A stretch of 63,819 nt of DNA, the filler included, from Hyphochytrium catenoides (taxonomy: Eukaryota; Protista; Hyphochytriomycota), in the NCBI GenBank assembly GCA_900088475.1. It is 12 parts of 12 records of this genome, joined end to end, with 100 filler letters (N's around TTAATTAATTAA, not from the genome) between each part and the next. Parts side by side here need not be neighbours in the genome. Positions count along the whole stretch, not along the records: positions 19,265 to 27,001 come from FLMG01001999.1; positions 27,102 to 28,687 come from FLMG01002558.1; positions 28,788 to 31,683 come from FLMG01003397.1; positions 31,784 to 33,029 come from FLMG01004057.1; positions 33,130 to 46,124 come from FLMG01002616.1; 7 more parts are not named here. One strand, given 5' to 3'. Under the pieces are notes generated by a model that saw only the letters and a program-made list of their open reading frames with translations, searched no databases and was not told where the DNA came from. This document shows, piece after piece, positions 24,401 through 34,725 of the stretch. Positions within the stretch are counted from its first letter, which is position 1. Each line of letters begins with the position of its first letter. A program made the position numbers and the translations under genes.

Positions 24401-26371
24401 GTCTGCTGCATAGTGCACGCTCTAGCGCATTAGAGGAGAAACCCAGAAGAGAGGATGCCCGAACGAGGTAGTCCATTGAGCTATTGTCTACAGCGACATG
24501 CTCCTCTTGCCCATGAGGAGTCTGGGTAGTCGCAAAAGTCAGATTACCAAGTTGCAGGATGCCAGACAGAATCGAGAAGATCTCATCTCTCTCGCACTCA
24601 TCAAACCCCACAGTCCCAAGGGCGGAGCAAGTCTTCCTAAAACACTCGGCATCGTCTACGCCGTCCTTCCTCCTCAAACACGTCCCTTTGTTGAGGTAAT
24701 TGAAGGCTTGAGCAGGTTGAAGATGCCAACGCGAATACTCGTCTGCGCTAGCGCCAGCAATCATCTCATAGAAAATGTGATAGTTCCTCTCCTCCGCTCC
24801 TTGCTGGACCACCCTCACCTTCTCCAGAAGATACGTGAAAATCTTACCGCCCACCAGGCGGTTCTTGTCATTGAACCGCAGTTGAATGAACTTTCCAAAA
24901 CGACTGCTGTTATCATTCCGCGTGGTCCGTGCATTGCCGAAGGACTCAAGTACGGGGTTAGACCCGAGTACCCTTTCCTCTATTGTGGACGTAGAGGAAG
25001 ATGCTCCGTCAATCTTACTGCTGCGCTCCTGGACACGCTGGTAACAGCTGTCTCGAGCGCCAGCAAGTGTTAAATATTGCATCACGAACTTGGTGGTCTG
25101 CGGAACGGTGACATGAGTTCGGCAGAAGTCAGAGAAGCAGAAGCATAGACGACAGACTTTGTAGGTGAGACTCAGAATAGCTATGCTATGACTATGACTC
25201 TCATTCTGCCCAGGAGACAGAATGGAAGAAATCGAGAAGGGAGAGGCCAAGCCTTAGGTAGCGTCCTCAAAATGCCGATAAGCCTATCCACAGTTGAGAA
25301 AGATAGAGAAGCAATATAAAGAAACGAGCCCAACTAAGAATAGTGGAGGAAGGTCCTCGACATCACTTGAACAGAGCGAGAGAGACAAATAGGAGAAGAG
25401 ACAGCAAGTGGGAAAGAACGGCCACGCACCATAGTCTTGCCAGCACCACTTTCCCCACTGATTAAGATGGACTGATCCACCTTCCTTCCTGGGTGTTGTG
25501 ACGGAAAGGCCATAGCTCTAAATACCTGATCTGCAAGCTTGAAGACATGTGGCTCGAGTGCCTCAGTCCGATCCTCTGCCTGTAATGAAGATGGAGACGA
25601 GCACCCAGACGACGTGAAGCCAAGTGCAACTCTGCTCCCATGTCTGAGGTACTGGTCTGCATGTGCTAAAGAATAAATAGAGAGATTTTTAAAAGGGTTG
25701 ACGGCGATGAGGATGGCGCCAGTGTTGGTATAGATAATGTCTTGCGAGAATCGCTGCTGTAGAGTGTGAAGGATGGACGGCTCGTTGAGATGCGGCAACA
25801 CTGTGAGGTCATCAATCGACTCAGAAGCTGGACAGTCCGCTGTGGAGCGCTGTTGCAGGGAATGTGACTCCTAAAGAGACATATGAGGGTCAGTGCCATA
25901 TCAACATAGCTGTGGTCCCGTCGAACTGTTGGTATGAAGCAACTAAAGCGATCGTTGGGGACCTGGCGGCGCGAAGAAGCATCTAGAGAAGATATGAAGA
26001 GACTAACCCAGGTAAAGAGAGAGGCAGAAGACTGACGAGGAACAGATTAGAGAGGAATGTGGAGCAGAGGTAGGAAAGAAGACTGAACTGATAGAGGCTC
26101 AAATGAAGATGCTTCTCCTTACCAGCAGGCGCTGATCGATGTTCGCCAGCTTCACGAGCTCCGGCTCACCAGTCTGCTCATCCACTTCCGTCTCAAGAAC
26201 CACCTTCCCCTCTTGGCCCGACTTTCCTTTTCCCTTCTCTCTCTCTCTTCCCGCATGCAGCTCAAGCGTGAACTTCGTCAGCACTGAGCGGGCGTGTGGC
26301 TCTCTCTTGGAGACCGTCGCTAGGCGCCAGTCTCCATTCCACCGGGCCCAGACGACGGCCCCTCGCTCCAT
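21493..26371 (-). CDS. Unconventional myosin: N-terminal SH3-like region, motor, IQ motifs, Ser-rich linker, C-terminal FYVE-like zinc finger (5 exons)
   Basis: Motor motifs LPHLNEPSIL, GESGAGKT, NPVLESFGNA, NDNSSRFGKF, DIFGFE, EQLCINYANE, PHYVRCIKP and GGVLEAV; IQ repeats such as IQALWRMY and IQAMIRAF. Spliced tail CDNC...RRKYICRT|CGDTLCRKC...CVRC, with TAG at 21493-21495. Confidence 0.93.
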
Positions 26372-27479
26372 CGGAGCTCAACTATGCTGCCGCTCCTGGC
26401 AGCCCGACCCCTCTTAGCCAGGCAAGGATGCAGAGACACCCATTCAGCTCAGAGGTGCAGCGTTAAATACTGTTTTGGGCCCTCTACACTCTCTCTCTCT
26501 CTCTTGGTTAGCAGGGACCAAGGAGATATTCCCAGCATGAAGTTTCTGCTCCTCGATGAGCTGCTTTGTAGAGTCAGGAGCAAGGGCGAATCTCTGCCGC
26601 TGTCTCCTTTCCCTCTCTCTCTCTCTTTTTGCCTCTCCAACACTGCTCCAGTGTTATAAGTGTTTGGCGCAGTCTTGATGCTCTTACACTGCTCCTGTTC
26701 CTTTGTTCCCTACTTGCTCCAACTGCTCGTTCTTTCTATGTCATGCCGTTATATGGTCAGCGCTCGATAGCCGGTGCTCACGATGCAGTCAGTCAGACGG
26801 GCGGTAAGCTGTAGGTCTCTGCCTCAGAGCAATAGCTTCACGTTTCCCCAGCTTTTTATCGTCTCTCACACACTCTCTCTCACTCTCTCTTTCTCCTTAC
26901 TGTCGTACCCGTTCTCGCTCTCTCTTTCTCCCTCTCTCATCACTTACACTCCTGCTCTCTCGCTCTCTGTCTCTCAGTCTCAATGTAGACTCAGGAGCGG
27001 TNNNNNNNNNNNNNNNNNNNNNNNNNNNNNNNNNNNNNNNNNNNNTTAATTAATTAANNNNNNNNNNNNNNNNNNNNNNNNNNNNNNNNNNNNNNNNNNN
27101 NTAATCCGTACGATGAGCAAGAATATCTAGGAGAAAAGGAGGGCCCTGTCTGAAATGACAGAGAGACATGAGACAGAGAGAATGCAGGGCGAAGGCTTGG
27201 CGCCTCCAGCATCGTTAGCAAACCTCTCTTCTTCTTTATATACATAAGATTATATTCATGCACGCCTCCAATGACAGGAACTTAAATGCCTTCCTCTACA
27301 ATCTCCTTTTCTTCAGGTCTTTCTCTCCTCCTTATTAGTCTTCTGGTCCTCCTCTATTGATCCTCTTTGCGATTCTTCTTCTCTTTCTAGTCTTTCTTTC
27401 GCGGTCTTCTCCTCTCTTACGCCGTCTATTGGCCAATAGCTCGACGGCCCTTGGTAAACCCCTCTCACGATAGCTGATG

Positions 27480-28440
27480 GAGCTTTGAAAGTTTGTTCAT
27501 CCCATCGGCGCGATCTCCATTTGCTATTCCTCAAGCATGACGCTGCGTGCTCTCTTATCAGAGCTACAGTGTTACATATGCCGCCATCTGCAGTACGGCC
27601 GGTAACAAGCTGTGTCGGTGTGACGCAATCGTTTGTGAAGGCGATGCTCATCAGACCTGAAGCAAGACCTACCGCGGAGTTGGCAGCTGACGTCCAAAGT
27701 GCCAATGCCTGGTGCTGTCAAAAACCGTTGCTTTTTTCAATTCTTCTCGGCTCCGGGGTACGCCCACGGTATACAGATAGCGGGATTATGCACACAAAGA
27801 CCCAGAATGGCAGCTCTGTCCGTCCAGAATGCACACTTCGCAAGAGCCAACAAATGGAATTGTGAATGGCCGTCAACGAAACAACGGCACCATTCACACC
27901 CACACAGCTGGTTACAGGCCTTATTGCAGATGGAGGCATGCCTAACGGTGTTGCTGTGCTAATAAAGCACGGCCGCGCCAAGCTTGAGGAATTACAAGTG
28001 GAGATCGCGCCGATGGAGAGGGCGATAAAAGAAGCTCCTTTCGCGCTTCAATCACAGACTATTTAACTAAAAACATAAGCGTGGCTGAGGGTCGAGCGCA
28101 ACACTGACAAAGGGCGAAGGCAAACGCAATGGATGACCTTACGTTCGCAGACTTTCCGGAGTTGGAGAAGGTGATGCTCATCAGACTGAAGCAAGACTTG
28201 CCGCAAAGTCCCCTGGCTGACGTGCAAAGTGACAGTCCCCTGCTGACATGCCGAGTGACAATGCCTGCTGCTATCAAAAACGTTACTCCTTTCACTTCTG
28301 CCCTGGGGTACGCCCCATGGTATACAGACAGCGCGATTCATGCACACAGAGACCCAGATTGGCAGCTCTGTCCGTCCTGCAGGATGCACACCTTGCAAGG
28401 GCCAACAGATAGACTTGTGAAGAATGGCCTGCAAGGGTAA
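27480..28440. repeat. Rearranged duplicated coding-like fragments (A-inverted, B, A, B')
   Basis: 27500-27625 is the reverse complement of 27895-28016, and 27636-27870 is repeated directly at 28147-28430. Both pairs are diverged. Confidence 0.8.
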
Positions 28441-28793
28441 CAACTCCGTCTTTCACACACTCAACACGCAGAGTCCCTCAACGGGCAGGGCAGCGACAGC
28501 GCGATGTCGCCGGCGCTCGCTCACTGATTAAGAAAGATCAATACAACTAGTTATCTGTAAAATAAACTGGATGTTTGATCTAAAAGGAAAGTGCGTTACA
28601 AAGTGTAGATGAAATGGAAAGGCATCATTTTCAAGACAAAGGATCACAACCAAAGAACAAGAGAGAGAAAGAGAGAGAGAGAGAGAGNNNNNNNNNNNNN
28701 NNNNNNNNNNNNNNNNNNNNNNNNNNNNNNNTTAATTAATTAANNNNNNNNNNNNNNNNNNNNNNNNNNNNNNNNNNNNNNNNNNNNGTCCTG

Positions 28794-29768
28794 GTGAGAG
28801 TGAAGCCCAAATCCTTTCTCCTAGCCAAGTCACCCTCAGCTGCAAAGCAAAACGGAAAGGTCGTGGAGAGCACCAATACTGCTGGTCCGCTTAAACCTCT
28901 TCCAGCAGAGGGCAACAGCGTTGCTAAGAACAGGAATCAATACCGAGAGAAGAAGCGTCGAATCATTGTGGCAGTGCGCCCGTACGTAGAGCTGCGCGAA
29001 GTTGACAATGTTCTTACGGTGATGGAATGGCTCTTTGGAGGCCGTTTTGCCACGTGGTATTGGAGGAAGAAGCGAGTGGTTGGGCCGCTAACTTGGGGAA
29101 TGTGGATATGCTCATGGACGTGCTCTCTGATTGCTTTGGTACTTCCTGGCTTGCCCGGGGAGATCGCTGCTGGTTCGTCCCTGTTCGGGAACTCTATTCT
29201 GTTGCTAATGGCCCTCGCTGTGGTCAATAGGAAACTCCTCCTGACATCTCTAAAGACATTTGAGGCACAACTTTTCATCGTAGAGACTTCATTGCTGGCT
29301 CTCACTGTGATGGGCACGTTTTGCTTCACTCTGTCCGGCTGTGCGTTGGGATTGTCGACATTCGTCGCCCTCTCGACGGCGCTACTGAACTACGATTCTC
29401 TTCCTTCATCCTCACGACAGCGAACGTTCAAGTGGAATCTGCTGGGCTGGTGTCTAGCATGGCCTGCAGCGATGGCTATTATCTACTTCCGCCTTCCAGA
29501 GCACATGTGCACATATCGGTGGGATATGGAACACGGCCTACTTGATGAGAACGACCTAAGGAGGTCAAAATGGGGCTTCTCTTTTCGAGAGTTTTTCCTT
29601 AACCGAGGGACAACCGTCCTTGTCCTGATTGTCCGGGCAACTTATCTAGCCTTTAGATATCCTCAGGATTGCATCTTTATCAGAAGTCGAATGCGTGTTA
29701 TTGAGGTGCAGATGCAGAACACGACGAGGGCAGACACCGATGATCAGGAACAACCTCCTAACTCATAA
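28794..29768 (+). CDS. Multi-pass membrane protein of unknown function (5' end lost in gap), intronless
   Basis: 324-codon open frame from the gap to TAA, with about 6 hydrophobic helices. A paralogue lies at 32097-34125. Confidence 0.8.
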   Translation: MRVKPKSFLLAKSPSAAKQNGKVVESTNTAGPLKPLPAEGNSVAKNRNQYREKKRRIIVAVRPYVELREVDNVLTVMEWLFGGRFATWYWRKKRVVGPLTWGMWICSWTCSLIALVLPGLPGEIAAGSSLFGNSILLLMALAVVNRKLLLTSLKTFEAQLFIVETSLLALTVMGTFCFTLSGCALGLSTFVALSTALLNYDSLPSSSRQRTFKWNLLGWCLAWPAAMAIIYFRLPEHMCTYRWDMEHGLLDENDLRRSKWGFSFREFFLNRGTTVLVLIVRATYLAFRYPQDCIFIRSRMRVIEVQMQNTTRADTDDQEQPPNS

Positions 29769-32096
29769 AGGATGGATGCCAATGACAGGGTATGCCAGGA
29801 AGACATTCTCTGTTCTTCATTGTTAGGTCCTCCCCACCTCGCTCTAGGGGTTATTTCCATTGGTAGTAGAAGGTTATTAGGCATGTTAGGCTGTTAGCAG
29901 TAGTAGATGACACGTCTCCTTCTTTCTATTCGGCATGCTCCTTCATTTATTTGGGTCATAGTCAGTGGCGCAGCACCTCCCACGATGCTGATGACTCCCC
30001 TTTTTTGCCGCGGTCCTGCCATTCTTCGGCATCGTGAGGTTGGGCCATCTTACCTATCAGTCTCCCTACTGCTTAACTGAAAATCTGGTGCTGCTGCTGT
30101 GTCGCACTGAGCCCGGAAGCTAGCGCTATTGCTACTGCGGTATGCGGCTCAGTGAACATGCCACTGCCGCTATTGTACCACGGCCACTGCCATCCAATGA
30201 GGCGGTTACTCGTCCTTTTTTTCAGCTCTTCCAGATAAGATATACTGATCCATGAGGTTGATGGGGCAGCAAGCTAAGTCTAGTAAAAGAATAGAGCTCA
30301 ATACGTGCTGAATGGGTCAGATAAGGAAAGATGACGGACACAGAGTTAACTTGATAACAAAGGTTACATTCTCACATTTGCGAGTTGCTAGAGAAAGATG
30401 ATGATGTCTTCTTCAAACGCCGCGAATGAGTGCTGAGTGCTGACTGGATGACGGATAACCCCCAGGGATCGAAGCAATCAGGCCTACAGAGATAAAGAGC
30501 GAGAGCTGGTAAATGCCAGAAGTCTAGACGGAAGACGACGAACGTGGAAATTAGGCTATACACTACCAAAGCCAGATACCAGTAGAAGGCACAGAAGGAA
30601 AGTGACAGGTTAGAAGGGCAGAGGAGAGTCAACGCATGGAGGAAGATCACGGTGGTCGTGCCGCTCCCCGCAGCAAGTGGCTTCTCTTGACGTCAATAAA
30701 CGATAAACCATCACGCCAACAACATGTTACTACTTCGGACGAAGACTATTTACTGAGAGAGACCCTTAGACGTCCGCTCCAGGACTCCGGCTCTTCTTCA
30801 TCTTATCCTAACAAAAAGCAGTTCTCTCTCCGCCACACTATTCCTCCTCGGAGCAGTAGGACTCTCACACTCCATGTGGTGCTACAAGGAACAAGGCTGA
30901 GCGAGGTGGGTTACTAGGTCACATGCTGTCCAGATTGCCCGCAGCATGTAGATAGTGACTTAGGCACCTGCAGAGCCACGCAAATCAGATCCACATTCCC
31001 ATCATTTTAGCTTCTAATCTCCTCCTTCCTTCCCTTATATCTAAAGTATGCTAGCTCCAACCAGTAGGTCTCATGAAGTCGATCCTCTCGTCGTTCGTTG
31101 GCATCATTCATCCTACTGTTAGACATCCGCCAAGTCTGAGCATTAGTAGCTTCACTAAGACATTCCCTACCACTGCTACGGTTCCAGCCCTACAGGCCAC
31201 GCGCAGCCTCAATATTCCTATCATACAACTAAATTAACACCACCAAGTGCTTCCTCAGTCAGTATCAGTTTTCTCCCATGCTCTTCGGGGTGAAGGACGA
31301 ACAACGAAGACAAGAACGTAAGTGCTTTCCTTGACTTCTTTCCTGAGTGAGAGATATGGCTCAAACTTTGAAAGAAATTGCAGCTTACGTCCAACCTCTT
31401 TGCAAGCACTACGGCTCCTCGATAAATTGGAGACCACCAGGTATTAGTCAAGACGGTGAACATGATGAAGGGGCCAAGGATGACTCCGGGCGAAATCAAG
31501 CTCTAATAGAATAGCAATGCAATGGTGGTGGGGCAGTACTGCAACACCTTATAGTGGACTTAATCTCAAGGAATGCTGGCAGCACCCTCCTTCACGAGCT
31601 TCATCGCTATCTCTGTCTGGCATAAGAGTCAGCACAAACTCTATCGCGGCATAAGCATACTTCTAAGAGGCAATTCCTTCCAGNNNNNNNNNNNNNNNNN
31701 NNNNNNNNNNNNNNNNNNNNNNNNNNNTTAATTAATTAANNNNNNNNNNNNNNNNNNNNNNNNNNNNNNNNNNNNNNNNNNNNCTGATAAGTCAGAGAGA
31801 GAAGAGAAAGAGAGAGAAAGAGAAGAAAAAGAGAGGGAGAGAGAGAGCGAAGGAGAGAGAGACAGAGTAGACCAGGACAGGAGAGGAGAGGAACTCATAA
31901 GAGGCGAAGGATAGAACAGGAGAGAGGTGAGGGACCAAAGCGGGAAGAGAAAGAGAGCGGCCAGAAGGAGACTTCGGGAGAGAGAGAGAGAGAGAGAAGA
32001 AAGAGAAAAAGGGAGAGAGAGACACATACAAGAGAGATGACAACTGTCATAGAAGAGAGAGACGGCCACTTCTCTCTCTCTCCCTCGCCATCTGCT

Positions 32097-32513
32097 ATGT
32101 CTTCCCAGGTTGAGGAGATAGAGGAAATAATAATGGAAACAGAAGAGAAAACAGAGAGAGAAGAAGACCCAGTCGGTCCTCTCTTTCTCTTAGAAGACAC
32201 GGGAAAACTTGTCTCTGTTCTTCCTTCTCGCTCTCTCTCCTCTCTCCGCGCGGAAGCCATAGAATATCTTAGGCTTTTTGACTCTGAGAACCCTCGAGCG
32301 GTGGAGATGGCGGTCTGGCAACTTCTCTCTTTCTCGAATTATGTCCAAGAGAAGAACCAGAAGGGCAGTCCTGCGACCTATCTAACGGTAAGAAGGATGG
32401 ATAAAAGACGGAGAGAGGAGAGAGATAAGTGAGGGAGAGATGAGAGAACAGGATAGCGAGAGAGAGAGAGAAGACGGAAGAGAGAGAAAGAGAAGAGAGA
32501 ACAAGAGAAAATT

Positions 32514-32550
<37 letters not shown>

Positions 32551-34125
32551 CGAGAGAGAGACAGAAAGGGGAAAAAAGGACGCAAAAGGTAGAATGAGGA
32601 GGCATGTTGGTGAGACCAGAGAGAAAGAGAGAGAAAGAGCAGAGAAAAGGGAATAGAGAGAGAGAGAGAGTAAGACCGATATATAAAGGAGGGAGGGAAG
32701 GAAAGACGGTGACAAGGAAGAGAGTAAGAGAGTGGAGGGAAGACCGAGAGAGACAGGCTCAGATTTTCTTCATGGCCTGCATCCTCCTTCTCTTCTTCTG
32801 ATCTGTCGCTAGGTCAATCACGTCACTCACCCTAGGTTCTCTCTCTCTCTCTTTCCCCCTTTTCCTTTCCCTCTCCTCTCTCTCTCTGTGTCTCTCTCTC
32901 TTCTCTCTCTGTCGCCTTCTCTTCTTCCTACCTCTCTATATCTCTTATCTTTCCATGGCTTCTTTCTACTTCTAAGCGCCCGCTGGACTATCTCGGCCTC
33001 CGCCTTCTTCTCTCGCTTGGTTCTCTCTCNNNNNNNNNNNNNNNNNNNNNNNNNNNNNNNNNNNNNNNNNNNNTTAATTAATTAANNNNNNNNNNNNNNN
33101 NNNNNNNNNNNNNNNNNNNNNNNNNNNNNAAGAGAGAGAGAGAGAGAGAGAGAGGAAGAGAGAGAGAAAGAGAGAAAGAGAGAGAGAGAGAGAAACAGGG
33201 GCAGAGAGAGAAAAGAAGAGCGAGAACAGTAGAAGAAAGAGAGAGACAGACAGAGAGAGAGAGAGAGAGAAAAATCTAAGAATGCAGAGTCGGAGACAGA
33301 GAAAAAGGGAGCGGCGGCAAGGTGAAGGAAGAGGGGGGAAAAGGAAAGAGCGAGAATGGAAAGTGGTGGGGAGGAGGAGGACGAGGAAGCAGCGGATGGG
33401 CAGAGTGTGTGGGATAATGTAGGGCAAGAGGAGAGGAGAGAGAGAGAGAGAGAACAAGAGAGTGTGAATGTCTCCACTCCTTATAAAGGCCGAACGTTGC
33501 CTGTCTCTCCTCTCTCTCTTTTCTCTAAACTCTAACTCCATATCTTCTGCCGCGTCTCTTTCTCTCTCTCTTTCTCATGATCTTTGCTCTTCTCTTTTCT
33601 CCGCCCCTCTCTCTCTCTCTCTCTCTCCCTCTTCCTTCCTGGTCGCTCTCCTTCTTCATTCTCAGGCGTCTTCCTCGTGGGATGTGCTTCTATCGTGTAG
33701 ACTTCTCCTCCGGCTTAATAGAAGATCCGTGGGCGAGAGAGAGACCGCCTCTCTCTCTCTCTCTCTTCGATTTCTTCCTCGCGCGAGGCTTCACTCTTCT
33801 CATTCTGACAGGGAAGATTATCTATGCGGCGTACAGACATCCCTCGGACTTTGTCATCCTCAAGAGCAGGCTCAGGCTGATGGAGATGCACCGAATGGGA
33901 GAGAGAGAGAAAGAGGATGGTGAAGGAGACAAGGGAGGAGGAGGAAAGGAGAGAGTTGCTCCCTCTTCTCCTCTTGTGGCAACATCTCCCGCTTCTTCCT
34001 CTGCCTCTCCGTCAAGACTTCCCGGAAGACTAAGTCTCTCTTCCTCTCTTCCTTCTTCTGTTGCTACGATGCTGCCAGCCTCCGGAGCGTCGTCAGCTGC
34101 GGTCTCCCCGTGGTCATCGTCGTAG
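32097..34125 (+). pseudogene. Intron-containing paralogue of the 28794-29768 membrane protein, with in-frame TGA
   Basis: Last exon RRLPRGMCFYRVDFSSGL...FDFFLARGFTLLILTGKIIYAAYRHPSDFVILKSRLRLMEM aligns with RLPEHMCTYRWDMEHGL...REFFLNRGTTVLVLIVRATYLAFRYPQDCIFIRSRMRVIEV. Exon AQIFF... (cf. AQLFI) is interrupted by TGA at 32799. Confidence 0.62.
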
Positions 34126-34725
34126 CAAGAGGAGAGAGAGAGAAGAGAAAAGAGAAGGGGGAAGAGAGAGAGAGAAAAGAGAGTCATGACGGACAGGCAA
34201 AACGGGTAGGGTAGGTAAAGACTGCAGAATTCTCATCATCAGGAAAGAGACAGATCTGTTGAATGATAGAATATCAGCGCAGGGAGTAGGGGGAAAGACG
34301 AGAGAGAGGAGACCTTCAAGCCCCTGTAAAGTGAGAAGAACAACTCGTAAGGAATATACAGAGAGGAGAGGGAGAGAGAGAGAGAGAGAGAAAACGAGAG
34401 AGAGAGAGGAAAAGTTTGCCAAACGGACATAATGGTGACGTCTCATTTATCTCTTTACGGAGTTAGCTCTAGGGCAAGGAAAGAGGTACGAACAGCGTCA
34501 TAACGAAGACTGAACAGCTGCTTTGGAATATTGCGCAGAAGAGAAGAGAGAGAGAGAGAGAGAGAAGGAGACGGCTAATCTGTTCTTTCTTCTTCTCTTC
34601 GCAAAGAAAAGTCTCTCTTGAGCACAATCACTGAAGGAAATAGAGTGAGAAGGACCGTGACAACACTGAAACAAAGAGAGAAAGAGAGAGAGAATAACAA
34701 TCAGACTCTCTCTTTCTTCTTACAC

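Noticed and set aside
31221-31499. Possible decayed gypsy integrase (HPEEHG resembling HPETDG)
   Set aside because: Single weak motif with no supporting DDE context.
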